A stretch of 64,000 nt of DNA from Candidatus Kaelpia aquatica (GTDB lineage Bacteria; Omnitrophota; Gorgyraeia; Kaelpiales; Kaelpiaceae). The notes under the pieces are model-generated. The model was given only the letters and a program-made list of their open reading frames with translations. It searched no databases and had not been told where the DNA came from. Positions 9,603 through 20,040 of the stretch are shown here, one piece after another. Position numbers and translations under genes: made by a program. Every line of letters begins with the position of its first letter. Within the stretch, counting starts at the first letter, position 1. The stretch covers positions 6,784 to 70,783 of the forward strand of contig JAVCCU010000025.1 in NCBI GenBank assembly GCA_030765335.1. The letters are read 5' to 3'.

Positions 9603-10795
9603 TTACAGTATTAATAGAAAAATGTAGCGGTTGCGGGGTATGCATCAAGTCTTGCCCTTTTTCGGCTATTAAGATTAAAGATAAAGAGCTGATAATAGAT
9701 TTAGAGAAGTGTAATTTTTGCGGAGCTTGCGTTGAGATCTGTCCTCTTTCGGCTATTGAGATAAAAAGAGAGGAGATAAAACGTGATCTGTCGGCCTATA
9801 AGAATGTCTGGGTCTTTGCGGAACAAAAAAAAGGAATAGTTCAGCCGGTCGTATATGAGCTGCTTGGAAAAGGCAGGGAATTGGCAGATAGTTTAGGAGT
9901 TCAACTCTGGGCGGTGTTGCTTGGAAATAATATAAAGGATGTATGTAGAGATTTAATAGCCAGCGGAGCAGACAAAGTTTTGGCAGCAGAAGATGAGCTC
10001 TTAGAGAACTACCTGGATGAGCCTTATACTCAAGTACTTGTTGATTTAATTGAAAAACATAAGCCGGAGATAGTCTTAACCGGCGCTACAACTATTGGGC
10101 GTGCACTCATATCTCGCGTTGCAGTTAAGATAGGCGCAGGCCTTACTGCAGATTGCACAGGATTAGAGATAGACCTTAAAGATAAAATTTTACTCCAGAC
10201 ACGCCCTGCTTTTGGCGGTAATATTATGGCAACTATAATTACACCTAACCATAGGCCTCAAATGTCGACTGTGCGGCATAAGGTAATGAAAGAAGCTCAG
10301 ATTGATAACACTAGAAGCGGAGAGGTTGAACTGATAAATTATAATGGTAAATTAAGTTCCAGAACAAAATTGATTGATGTTATAGATGAAGTAGGCAAAA
10401 GTGTAAATCTAACAGAGGCTGATGTTGTAGTGTCAGGCGGATATGGTTTAGGTAAGCCTGAAAATTTTAAGATTATCGAAGGGTTAGCCGAGGTCTTAGA
10501 TGCTGCTGTTGGAGCATCACGTTCGGCTGTAGATAATGGTTGGATTCCTTATGCTCATCAGGTAGGTCAGACCGGACGTACTGTCTGCCCTAAGCTATAT
10601 ATTGCCTGCGGGATATCAGGTCAGATTCAACATTTAGTAGGTATGCAATCCTCAGATGTTATTGTTGCTATAAACAGAGATTCTGAAGCTCCAATATTTA
10701 AGGTTGCAACCTATGGAATAGTAGGAGATCTTTTTGAAGTTATACCTCTTTTAACTAAGAGATTGAATGAAATATTAAAAAAAGCGAGGGTCTAA
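9599..10795 (+). CDS. etfA: electron transfer flavoprotein alpha subunit with N-terminal 2[4Fe-4S] ferredoxin domain
   Basis: CSGCGVCIKSCP and CNFCGACVEICP, followed by GLTADCT, RPAFGGN, QVGQTG, GISGQIQH. Confidence 0.93.
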   Translation: MITVLIEKCSGCGVCIKSCPFSAIKIKDKELIIDLEKCNFCGACVEICPLSAIEIKREEIKRDLSAYKNVWVFAEQKKGIVQPVVYELLGKGRELADSLGVQLWAVLLGNNIKDVCRDLIASGADKVLAAEDELLENYLDEPYTQVLVDLIEKHKPEIVLTGATTIGRALISRVAVKIGAGLTADCTGLEIDLKDKILLQTRPAFGGNIMATIITPNHRPQMSTVRHKVMKEAQIDNTRSGEVELINYNGKLSSRTKLIDVIDEVGKSVNLTEADVVVSGGYGLGKPENFKIIEGLAEVLDAAVGASRSAVDNGWIPYAHQVGQTGRTVCPKLYIACGISGQIQHLVGMQSSDVIVAINRDSEAPIFKVATYGIVGDLFEVIPLLTKRLNEILKKARV

Positions 10796-10796
10796 A

Positions 10797-12011
10797 TTGA
10801 AAGTAGATAAAGATTATGAAAATCTTGTAAAAGAGACGTTGTACTTGCTTTCAATAACTCAGGATTTGGATGAGAAAGGTAAATATGAGCATGGGGTAAG
10901 AGTAGCCCTTATGTCTGAGAAAATAGCAGAGGAAGTATTGCCTCAAGAGAGAGATTTAATGTTCTTTGCAGGTCTTGTGCATGATATAGGAGGTTTGGGT
11001 TCTAGAAACCATATTCTACACCACCCTGATCTGCTTGCACAGATTCAAGATCCGGATATATTTGAACACCCTTATAGAGGCGTGCATTTAATAAGGATGT
11101 TTCCAGTTCTCTTCCAAGGTCAGTATAGAATGTCGGATTATATCTTTGAACACCATGAATGGTGGAAAGGGGTGGGATATCCTCGTCAGTATAAAAAGAA
11201 TGAGATTCTGCTTGGAGGTAGAATTTTAAGAGCAGCTGATGCTTTTGATATCTATTCTCGGCATGGACAGAACAAAAGTGAGATCAATCCTCAGTCAGCT
11301 ATTAATGTCCTAGAGTCCAACGAAGAGCTTGACCCTGATATTTTGAATATCTTAAAAGAGATTATAAAAGATAAAGAGTTTATGGGGTTATATCTTAAGC
11401 CTCAGGATATGATTCTAGAATATGTAAGGAGCAAGGATTTAAACATAATCCTTAACCATAGAGATGAAGATGATCTGTTCGCATTCATCGGGTATTTAAT
11501 AGATTTTAAAATAGATTCTAATGCAATGGGTCACTCAGAAGGGGATACGCATTATTCGGTACAGATTGCAAAAGCGTTAAATTTGCCAGAAGATGAAGTG
11601 ACTATGATAAGAAGGGGTGGGTATCTGCATGATATAGGTAAATTATCTATTCCGCATATGGTATTAAATAAACCAGCTTGGCTGACAGAGCAGGAGTGGC
11701 AGATAGTCAAAAAGCATTCTGCGATAACTGTTGAGCTGCTTGATTCAATCCCCTCATTTAAAAAATATGTTTTTGCAGGATATCACCATGAGCGCTGGGA
11801 TGGTAAAGGTTATCATCAGGGTTTAAAAGGCGAAGAGATACCGCTAGGAGCCAGAATTATCTCGGTTGCCGATGCTCTAGATGCTATGACATCTAAGAGG
11901 ACCTATCGTCCTGTCCTTACCTTCAAAGAGGCATTAAAAGAGCTTAAGAGTAATGCCGGGACTCAGTTTGATCCTAAGATTATTGAGGAGACAGTTAGGA
12001 TTTATAAGTGA
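10797..12011 (+). CDS. tandem HD-GYP domain phosphodiesterase
   Basis: two HD-GYP units: HDIGG...HHEWWKGVGYP and HDIGK...HHERWDGKGYH; TTG start. Confidence 0.85.
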   Translation: MKVDKDYENLVKETLYLLSITQDLDEKGKYEHGVRVALMSEKIAEEVLPQERDLMFFAGLVHDIGGLGSRNHILHHPDLLAQIQDPDIFEHPYRGVHLIRMFPVLFQGQYRMSDYIFEHHEWWKGVGYPRQYKKNEILLGGRILRAADAFDIYSRHGQNKSEINPQSAINVLESNEELDPDILNILKEIIKDKEFMGLYLKPQDMILEYVRSKDLNIILNHRDEDDLFAFIGYLIDFKIDSNAMGHSEGDTHYSVQIAKALNLPEDEVTMIRRGGYLHDIGKLSIPHMVLNKPAWLTEQEWQIVKKHSAITVELLDSIPSFKKYVFAGYHHERWDGKGYHQGLKGEEIPLGARIISVADALDAMTSKRTYRPVLTFKEALKELKSNAGTQFDPKIIEETVRIYK

Positions 12012-12766
12012 AGTTTGATCTTTTAATCCTATCCTTTATTCAAGGAATTGCGGAGTTTCTTCCTATAAGCAGTTCAGGACATCTTCTATTTTTGAGTAAT
12101 TTATTAAATTTAAATATCGATAAATTTATCTTCACCATATTCCTTCATCTAGCTGCTCTCTTAGCTATACTCTTTTACTTTTATCCCAGAATAAAAATTT
12201 TATTAAAAGATAATATATATATATTAAAGGTTCTTGCAGCTTTTTGCACGACTATCATAGTCGCTCTCTATCTTAGAAGATATGTTGTTGCAATATACAA
12301 CATGGAAGGATTAAATATTTTAGGACCATTTTTTATAATAAGCGGAGTATTGTTATTTTTGCCGAGGTTAAGAAAGAATCAAAGTCAGAGTCTAACTTTT
12401 AAATCTGCATTGTTGATAGGATTTGTGCAGGGGGTCTCAGTCTTTCCAGGGATATCGCGCTCTGGTATTACCATTGTATTAGCCCTATTGCTTGGATTAA
12501 CTAGAGAAGAAGCGTTTAGATTCTCTTTTCTTTTAGCTATTCCGACAATAATTGGAGCAGGCGTTTATGAGCTTTTAAAATCAAGCTGGAATTTCCAAGC
12601 ATTTAATGTTATTAATATTTCATATGTAGGTTATTTTGTGATAACTTTCATCGTGAGCTTAGCATCTCTTGCTATTCTAGAGAAAACGGTCTTTAGAAAG
12701 AAGCTTTCATTTTTTGGCTACTACTGTTGTATAATAGGGCTAATCGTCTTATTTATAGGAGGCTAG
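12008..12766 (+). CDS. uppP: undecaprenyl-diphosphate phosphatase
   Basis: QGIAEFLPISSSGHL, PGISRSG, FSFLLAIP; multiple TM helices. Confidence 0.92.
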   Translation: MKFDLLILSFIQGIAEFLPISSSGHLLFLSNLLNLNIDKFIFTIFLHLAALLAILFYFYPRIKILLKDNIYILKVLAAFCTTIIVALYLRRYVVAIYNMEGLNILGPFFIISGVLLFLPRLRKNQSQSLTFKSALLIGFVQGVSVFPGISRSGITIVLALLLGLTREEAFRFSFLLAIPTIIGAGVYELLKSSWNFQAFNVINISYVGYFVITFIVSLASLAILEKTVFRKKLSFFGYYCCIIGLIVLFIGG

Positions 12767-12767
12767 A

Positions 12768-13790
12768 ATGATACATGTAGGAATAATAGGGGCATTAGGA
12801 TATACAGGTAAGGAGCTCATACATTATCTATCCAGACATCCGGTTGTTAGGATATATAAGCTCTGGGATAATGCAGTGGATAAAAAGGGAGCGAGAATAG
12901 ATTCAATATTCCCTGAGTTTAAGAATATAGTAAATACAAAGGTTGAGCATTTTAATAAGAAGGACTTAGATGTTGTTGATGTTGTTTTTCTTGCTCTCCC
13001 TCACACCGTATCTATGAAGATTGCTCCTAGTATTCTAGATAAGGTGAGCCTCTTGATAGATCTCTCTGCGGACTACAGGTTTAAGAGCCATAAGTCTTAT
13101 CAGAAGTGGTATAAGGCAGATCACTTGGATAAGAAGAATTTAAAAAAGGCTGTCTATGGTCTTCCTGAAATTAATAGAAGCGAGATTAAAGGAGCTAAGC
13201 TTATTGCCAACCCTGGCTGTTATCCAACAAGCATGATATTGGGTCTATATCCTCTTGCAAAGGAAGGACTGCTTGATAATGCTCAAGTTATAGTAGACTC
13301 TAAGACAGGCACTTCTGGCGCAGGAAGAAAGGCAGCTACAGGATTAATATTTTCTGAACTCAATGGTAATCTGCGGCCTTATAAGATAAATAAACATCAG
13401 CATATGCCCGAGGTTACAGCGTTTTTTAAAGATGAGTTAAATAAGAGCGTAGATTTAAGCTTTGTTCCTCAGCTGATACCAATTAATAGGGGCATAATCA
13501 GCATGATCTATACTGTATTTAAGAATAAAAAGAAAAAAGATCTCTATGGGTTGTATAAAAAATATTATTCCAAAGAGCCTTTTATCAGAATCTCCAAGAA
13601 GGGTGAAGTTACTGAGTTAAAGGACGTTGCCTTTACCAACTTCTGCGACCTGAGTTATTTAGATTTTATAAATGACAATACATTTTTGATAATTTCCTGC
13701 ATAGATAATCTGGGGAAAGGAGCTGCCTCTCAAGCTGTACAGAATATGAATATTGCTCTTGGTTTTGATGAAAAAGAAGGGTTAATATGA
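12768..13790 (+). CDS. argC: N-acetyl-gamma-glutamyl-phosphate reductase
   Basis: GALGYTG, DLSADYR, ANPGCYPT, SGAGRK, DNLGKGAA. Confidence 0.96.
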   Translation: MIHVGIIGALGYTGKELIHYLSRHPVVRIYKLWDNAVDKKGARIDSIFPEFKNIVNTKVEHFNKKDLDVVDVVFLALPHTVSMKIAPSILDKVSLLIDLSADYRFKSHKSYQKWYKADHLDKKNLKKAVYGLPEINRSEIKGAKLIANPGCYPTSMILGLYPLAKEGLLDNAQVIVDSKTGTSGAGRKAATGLIFSELNGNLRPYKINKHQHMPEVTAFFKDELNKSVDLSFVPQLIPINRGIISMIYTVFKNKKKKDLYGLYKKYYSKEPFIRISKKGEVTELKDVAFTNFCDLSYLDFINDNTFLIISCIDNLGKGAASQAVQNMNIALGFDEKEGLI

Positions 13791-14941
13791 TTACACCCAA
13801 AGGTTTTGTTTTTAACGGAATAAACTCTCGCGTTAAGAAGCAAGCTAAAGACCTGGGTATTATAATAACTGAAGAAAAAGCAGATGCGGTTGGATTTTTT
13901 ACCAAAAATGAATATAAGTCTGAGTCTCTCTTGGTCTGTCAGAGAAATATAGAAGATGGTTTAGCTCAGGCTATTGTTGTAAATAGCGGTTGTGCTAATT
14001 GCGGATTGGGCAAGAAGGGAGAGGCTGCAGCATTAAAAATATGTTCTGAAGTTGCTAAGGAACTAAAAACTAAAAAGTCCGACGTGTTGATTGCTTCTAC
14101 AGGATCAATAGGTATACCTCTTGAAGAGCAGAAGATAGTCTCTAGTATTCCTAGGTTGATTAAAGGGGCTCTAAGCACTAAGGCAGAAGATTTTGCTAGA
14201 GCAATCATGACAACAGATAAATACCCTAAGGTCTCTGCTCTTAAATTGAAGAGCGGTGTTACTATATTAGGCATAGCTAAGGGTGCCGGGATGATAGAGC
14301 CTAATATGGCTACAACCCTATCGTTTCTTTTGACAGATGCAAAGATAAGAAGGAGTTCTCTGGCTAAGATTGTAAAATCAGCCCTCGATTTGACTTTTAA
14401 CAGGATATCTATAGATGCTGATCAGAGCACAAACGATACTTTTCTTGCTTTGGCCAACGGTGCTAGCTCTGTCGATGTTGAGGTTTCTAGAGATAAGAGA
14501 GATGAATTTATAAAAGGTGTTTTTAAGGTGCTGCATGATTTAGCGTATGAAATAGTCGAGAACGGTGAAGGGGCGACTAAGATAGTAAAGATAGAAGTAA
14601 AATCTGCAAAGAGTAGAATAGTAGCTGAAAAAATATGCAGGAAGCTTGCATCTTCCATGCTCTTTAAAAGCTCGCTATATGGAAATAGCGCTAACTGGGG
14701 CAGAATTCTATCCTCAGTCGGCTCTCTAAGTTTGGGTGTTGGCAAGAGTTATGATATAAATTATGGTAATATCAAAGTTGTTAAAAATGGTCTGAGTCTA
14801 TATAATAATAAAAAGAGAGCGGATGATTATTTGAAGAAGTCTAAAGAGGTAAAGATTGTTTTGGATTTCAAAAAAGGCGGAGATGATTTTTTTATGTATA
14901 CAACTGATCTCTCCCCAGATTATGTTAAGTTAAATAGCTGA
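13787..14941 (+). CDS. argJ: glutamate N-acetyltransferase/ornithine acetyltransferase
   Basis: NSGCAN, IMTTD, KGAGMIEPNMATTL, STNDT, GEGATK, NWGR. Confidence 0.95.
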   Translation: MITPKGFVFNGINSRVKKQAKDLGIIITEEKADAVGFFTKNEYKSESLLVCQRNIEDGLAQAIVVNSGCANCGLGKKGEAAALKICSEVAKELKTKKSDVLIASTGSIGIPLEEQKIVSSIPRLIKGALSTKAEDFARAIMTTDKYPKVSALKLKSGVTILGIAKGAGMIEPNMATTLSFLLTDAKIRRSSLAKIVKSALDLTFNRISIDADQSTNDTFLALANGASSVDVEVSRDKRDEFIKGVFKVLHDLAYEIVENGEGATKIVKIEVKSAKSRIVAEKICRKLASSMLFKSSLYGNSANWGRILSSVGSLSLGVGKSYDINYGNIKVVKNGLSLYNNKKRADDYLKKSKEVKIVLDFKKGGDDFFMYTTDLSPDYVKLNS

Positions 14942-15789
14942 TGGAAGATTTAATTAAAAAAGCCCATATTCTAGTTGAAGCGTTTCCTTATATTGAAGAG
15001 TTTAGAGGAAAAATTATTGTAATTAAATACGGCGGCAGGGCTTTATTGAGTGAAGATGCAAAAAATAATATATTAAAAGATATAGCTTTTATGTCTCTTG
15101 TAGGTATAAAGCCGATTATTGTTCATGGTGGCGGCTATAAGATCACAGAGTTGATAGCTCAATCAGGGGGAATATCTAAGTTCATTGAAGGAAAGAGAGT
15201 TACGAATAAAAAGACCATGCAGATGGTTTATAAGGTGCTTAAGAATATGAATGAGGATCTAGTTAGTGAGATCAAAAGTTTTAGAGGTAATGCGCAGGGT
15301 ATTAATCCTAAGATAGATAAAAATGTATCTGTAAGGCAAGAATCAAAAAATTTAGGCTACGTAGGAGTAGTTGATAAGATAAGCTCAGAGAGCATTTTAA
15401 AACTCACAGAGAGAGAGATTGTGCCTGTAATTATGCCTGTTGGGCTTGATAAAGATGGTGAGTTATACAATGTAAACGCAGATGATATGGCTGCAGAACT
15501 TGCAATAAGTTTAAATGCTGAAAAGTTAGTTCTTCTCACTGATGTAAAGGGTATTTTAAGAGATAAGAGCGATGAGGAGAGTTTGATTCCAAGCTTACAT
15601 GCCTCAGAAGTAGATGATCTTATAAGAATGGATGTTATATCAAGCGGTATGGTGCCTAAAGTAAAAGCCTGCCTTAGAGCCTTAGATAGAGGCGTCAGAA
15701 AGACTCACATTTTAGACGGTCGAGTGCCCCATGTTGTTCTTCTGGAGGTATTTACGGAAGAGGGTGTAGGCACAGAGATTATAGTCTAG
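14941..15789 (+). CDS. argB: acetylglutamate kinase
   Basis: VIKYGG, VHGGG, YNVNAD, LLTDVKG, GMVPKV, EVFTEEGVGT. Confidence 0.96.
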   Translation: MEDLIKKAHILVEAFPYIEEFRGKIIVIKYGGRALLSEDAKNNILKDIAFMSLVGIKPIIVHGGGYKITELIAQSGGISKFIEGKRVTNKKTMQMVYKVLKNMNEDLVSEIKSFRGNAQGINPKIDKNVSVRQESKNLGYVGVVDKISSESILKLTEREIVPVIMPVGLDKDGELYNVNADDMAAELAISLNAEKLVLLTDVKGILRDKSDEESLIPSLHASEVDDLIRMDVISSGMVPKVKACLRALDRGVRKTHILDGRVPHVVLLEVFTEEGVGTEIIV

Positions 15790-15837
15790 TAACCTATCTT
15801 TTCTAATTAAATAAATTTAAAAAGTTTGTTTAGCAAT

Positions 15838-15866
15838 TTGACATAGGTTTATTTTATGGTATAAAT
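15838..15866 (+). promoter_or_regulatory. sigma70-type promoter
   Basis: TTGACA (15838-15843) ... TGGTATAAAT (15857-15866). Confidence 0.65.
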
Positions 15867-15907
15867 ATCATAGATTATAAGGGGCAGCAATTATAGAAAG
15901 ATAATTT

Positions 15908-17410
15908 ATGAAGAAACTAATTATATTATTTATTATTCCAATTCTATTCTTGTCGTTTAGTTCTTATTCTAACTCTGAGGATTTGGAGCAATGCCCACTT
16001 GTTTTGCCGAGCATTACTTCTGGTGAATATTCAAAAGTTTTTTCGGGTAACGCGTTTAACAAGAGACTAAACGAGATATTGTTAAGTCAACAATTAAATG
16101 AAATAAATTCCGAAACGCTTTATAACTCTTATCTAATTCTGGCTATTGAAGGTCTTAATGGTATGGTCGAGCAAAATACAGGCTTGCCATATGATGTAGT
16201 AAGAGTAGGAGAAGGAAATGAACTAATACCTGTAGATAAAAAAGTAAGCGGATTGGAAATTGGTTTGCAGATATTGAATTTAGTTATCCAAAGAGATTTA
16301 GAAATTATGACAGATGATCAAGTTTTATTAAAAATGGATATTGTTTTAAATTCCATAGATAAAGCAGCGAAAAAAAACGGTTTTCTTTACGATTTTGTGT
16401 CTTTACCCAGTCTTAATAAACATAAACTGAGTAACGTTTCAGATGTGTTTAACAGCGGTTATTTGGCAGCAGCTTTAATGATAGCAAATCAAGCGTTTGA
16501 AGGAACTGTAGTTAGCGATAGATGTCAGTTGATTTTAGATGAAATGGATTTTAATTTCTTTTATTCCAATAATGGCCAGTTGTACGGCGATTCTAATAAA
16601 GGATATAGCGTCGGGCAGTTTGGCAGTGAGGTGCTATTACCTGCAATAGTTGCAACGTCAACAGACAATGTGCCTGATAGTGTCATAGCGCCTAGCGACT
16701 CAATATCGATTTATCGAGAGACATATACTACTAATGAGGGGGAAGAAATTAGTGTTATTCCTGCATGGGGTGGACAGATCTGGACTATACTTATGCCGCT
16801 TCTTTTCTTGGGACCTGAGGTGGAAAATCCTGATACAGGTGAAAATGTTATTGCTGGATTTATAGAGAATGCCAGACGTTGGGTAGAAATTCAGATTGAT
16901 GTAGCAGATAAGCTTGATTTAAATATTTGGGGTTGGTCTCCTTGTGCGGCTGTTTCTTCTAAGTATATTTACGATAGTGAAAATGGAGTTCCTGGTTTAG
17001 AGCAATATGGTAATGCTGGAAATCCGCGCAATAATCCTGTTGCTATATATGTTAGTTTTTTAGCGTTAGGTGTATTGTCTGGGTATGATGTAGCAAGCCC
17101 TCAAATACAAGCTACATTAGAAAATTTAGAAGCAATGATAAGTTTAAATCCAGATGTCAATAATTCAAATTATGGATTCCTAGATTCAATAACACAAGAC
17201 GGGGAAGTTTCACCATTTATATTAGGATTGGATAAAGGCATGGAAGTTATTGGTATGTTCAATGCCTACCGAAGAAGTAGTGGTAATCAGGGAATAGAAG
17301 GTTATTTTTGGCAGTATTTGGAAGAAAACGGAATGACAGATACAGTAAGAGAACTTCTTGGTCAACGTAGTAAAGAAATTTTGACGACAATCGGCGTTGA
17401 GAATATGTAG
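15908..17410 (+). CDS. secreted (alpha/alpha)6 glucoamylase-like protein (DUF3131/GH144/Cgs-transglycosylase-related), degenerate motifs
   Basis: signal peptide; TGLPYD, NGFLYDF, EMDFNFFY, WGGQIWTILMP, WGWSPC colinear with recalled family motifs. Confidence 0.6.
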   Translation: MKKLIILFIIPILFLSFSSYSNSEDLEQCPLVLPSITSGEYSKVFSGNAFNKRLNEILLSQQLNEINSETLYNSYLILAIEGLNGMVEQNTGLPYDVVRVGEGNELIPVDKKVSGLEIGLQILNLVIQRDLEIMTDDQVLLKMDIVLNSIDKAAKKNGFLYDFVSLPSLNKHKLSNVSDVFNSGYLAAALMIANQAFEGTVVSDRCQLILDEMDFNFFYSNNGQLYGDSNKGYSVGQFGSEVLLPAIVATSTDNVPDSVIAPSDSISIYRETYTTNEGEEISVIPAWGGQIWTILMPLLFLGPEVENPDTGENVIAGFIENARRWVEIQIDVADKLDLNIWGWSPCAAVSSKYIYDSENGVPGLEQYGNAGNPRNNPVAIYVSFLALGVLSGYDVASPQIQATLENLEAMISLNPDVNNSNYGFLDSITQDGEVSPFILGLDKGMEVIGMFNAYRRSSGNQGIEGYFWQYLEENGMTDTVRELLGQRSKEILTTIGVENM

Positions 17411-17519
17411 TATTTTTATATAGTTTTTTCAAATTTATCTTTTTGCAAATATAAAGTGTGCTTGTTTTTTAAGACCTTTCTAGTATAATCTTATCCACTA
17501 ATTAAATGAGGAGGAAGAT

Positions 17520-19379
17520 ATGGTAGGACTAGATTTATTGAAAGAGAGATGTGATAGTGATAGTTTAGAGAAGATTTCTGGCTTGGGCCAGGAGGTTGTT
17601 GATTTTATCGTTAAGTATGTTGAGCTCTGTAATCCCGATAGCGTATTTATTAGAAACGATTCAGATCAGGATGCAGAGTATGTTAGAAGCAAGACGCTAG
17701 AGCTTGGAGAGGAGAGATCTCTTAAGAAGAGCGGTCATACCATTCATTTTGATGGTATCCGTGATCAGGCTAGAGATAAAGAGAATACTAAATTTTTGGT
17801 CACTCCAGACTCTAAACTCGAAGGCCTTAACTCTATCGATAGAGTTAAAGGATTAGATGAGATAGAAGGGCTGCTTAAAGATATTATGAAGGGTAAAGAG
17901 ATGTACGTTCTCTTTATGGGTTTAGGTCCTGTTGATTCTGAATTCTCTGTTTATGCTGTTCAAATAACAGATTCTTCTTATGTATCCCATTCCGAAGATA
18001 TTCTCTATAGGGGAGCATATGAGGTTTTTAAGAAAAACCCGGATCTTGATTTCTTTAGATATGTTCATTCAGCAGGAGAGTTAGATGAAAACAAAGCAAG
18101 TAAGAATATAGATAAGAGGCGCGTTTATGTTGATTTCTCAGAAGATACAGTATATTCGACAAATACTCAGTATGCCGGCAATACTGTAGGTTTAAAGAAG
18201 CTGGCTCTTCGCCTTGCAATAAAAAAGGCTGACCATGAAGGTTGGCTTGCTGAGCATATGTTTGTTATGGCTGTACATGATGAAGATGGCAATAAGAACT
18301 ATTTTACAGGGGCCTATCCATCGTCTTGCGGTAAGACTTCTACTTGTATGGTGGAAGGTGAAAGAATTATAGGAGATGATATTGCTTATTTAAAGAAGAG
18401 AGATGATAGAGTCTATGCTGTTAATGTTGAGAGGGGTATATTCGGTATTATGAAAGATGTTAACTCTGATGATGCTCCATTGATATGGGAGGCACTCAAT
18501 AAAGAAGGAGAGGCGATATTCTCAAATATACTGATTAAAGACAAAACTCCTTATTGGAAAAACGATGGCAGGGTTACTCCGGATGATGGAGAGAACTTTT
18601 CAGGGTCTTGGCATGTAGGCAAAAAAAATGAATCCGGCAATGAGATTCCTTTTGCTCATCCTAACGCAAGATATACAATAAGTCTTAAGAATTTAGAGAA
18701 TGTAGATAGTGAGCTAGATAATCCTAAAGGAGTATTTGTAAAAGGGGTAATCTATGGCGGCAGGGATTCTAATACCTGGGTACCTGTATTTGAAAGCTTC
18801 AATTGGATTCATGGTGTTGTCTCAATTGCAGCGTCTTTGGAGTCTGAGACAACTGCAGCAACTTTGGGCAAAACCGGAGAGCGTAAGTTTAATCTGATGG
18901 CTAATTTAGATTTTCTGTCTATTCCAATAGGAAAATATCTAAAGAACCATCTTGATTTTGTAAAAGATATTAAAGAGCCCCCGGTTATATTCGGTGTAAA
19001 TTATTTTCTACTTAATGAGCATGGCGAGTATATAAGCGGTATGCATGATAAGAGGGTGTGGCTTAAATGGATGGAACTAAGAGTAAACAAGAAGGTAGGT
19101 GCAGTCAGTACCCCTATAGGGAGCATTCCTGAATGTAAAGATTTAGAGAGGCTGTTTAAAGAATTATTGAATAAAGAGTTCTCTTTGGATGAATACAATA
19201 TGTTCTTCAGCATTAGATGTCCTCAGAACTTAGAGAAGATTGAGAGAATAAGGAATATCTATAATGGATTTAAAGATATTCCTGAAGAGATCTTCTCTAT
19301 ATTAAGTGAGCAAGAGAGCAGAGTTAAAGAGGCTCAGGATAAATTCGGCGATTTAATAATCCCAGATAAATTTATTTAA
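17520..19379 (+). CDS. pckG: phosphoenolpyruvate carboxykinase (GTP)
   Basis: YAGNTVGLKK, WLAEHM, AYPSSCGKT, GDDIA, HPNARY, YGGR. Confidence 0.93.
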   Translation: MVGLDLLKERCDSDSLEKISGLGQEVVDFIVKYVELCNPDSVFIRNDSDQDAEYVRSKTLELGEERSLKKSGHTIHFDGIRDQARDKENTKFLVTPDSKLEGLNSIDRVKGLDEIEGLLKDIMKGKEMYVLFMGLGPVDSEFSVYAVQITDSSYVSHSEDILYRGAYEVFKKNPDLDFFRYVHSAGELDENKASKNIDKRRVYVDFSEDTVYSTNTQYAGNTVGLKKLALRLAIKKADHEGWLAEHMFVMAVHDEDGNKNYFTGAYPSSCGKTSTCMVEGERIIGDDIAYLKKRDDRVYAVNVERGIFGIMKDVNSDDAPLIWEALNKEGEAIFSNILIKDKTPYWKNDGRVTPDDGENFSGSWHVGKKNESGNEIPFAHPNARYTISLKNLENVDSELDNPKGVFVKGVIYGGRDSNTWVPVFESFNWIHGVVSIAASLESETTAATLGKTGERKFNLMANLDFLSIPIGKYLKNHLDFVKDIKEPPVIFGVNYFLLNEHGEYISGMHDKRVWLKWMELRVNKKVGAVSTPIGSIPECKDLERLFKELLNKEFSLDEYNMFFSIRCPQNLEKIERIRNIYNGFKDIPEEIFSILSEQESRVKEAQDKFGDLIIPDKFI

Positions 19380-19380
19380 A

Positions 19381-19851
19381 ATGGGAATAACGTATCTATC
19401 CAAAAAAGCTTATGAAAAATTAAGGGAAGAGCTTAAGCATCTTAAGTTTGTTAAGCGTAGGCAGATCTCTAAAGACTTAGAGCATGCTAGGTCCTTAGGA
19501 GACTTAAAAGAGAATGCCGAGTACCATGCAGCTAAAGAGTCGCAGGGGTTGAACGAGAAAAAGATCTATGAGATAGAGGCAAAGCTCTCAACAGTTGAAT
19601 TTATTGATAATCTTGATATTTCAAAAGATGAGATAAGGATAGGAGCAAAGGTCAAGCTGCTTGATCTTGGCGATAAACAGGAGTGTGAGTACCAATTGGT
19701 CGGTGCTGATGAATCTAATCCTTCAGAAGGGTTTATCTCTGTTGATTCACCTATAGGAAGGGCTCTTCTGGGGCATAAGAGAGAAGATGAGCTGGATATA
19801 AAAATTCCGGCTGGAGTCTTAAAATATAGAGTCATCGATATTTCTCGGTAA
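19381..19851 (+). CDS. greA: transcription elongation factor GreA
   Basis: GDLKENAEYHAAK, ISVDSPIGRALLG. Confidence 0.96.
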   Translation: MGITYLSKKAYEKLREELKHLKFVKRRQISKDLEHARSLGDLKENAEYHAAKESQGLNEKKIYEIEAKLSTVEFIDNLDISKDEIRIGAKVKLLDLGDKQECEYQLVGADESNPSEGFISVDSPIGRALLGHKREDELDIKIPAGVLKYRVIDISR

Positions 19852-20040
19852 GATTTACCTGTAGAGCTTGTTTGTAATAGCTAATCTTTTATCAATTTTT
19901 TATCTTCTATAGTTTTCATTAATACAGCTATATTCTATCTCTTTTCTACTGTGATATTGCTGGAAAGAGTAGTTTTTTCGTTTAATAGGTAATATAATGG
20001 ATCTCAAGTCTCTTTAAGTTTAACGTTAATATTTTATTTT

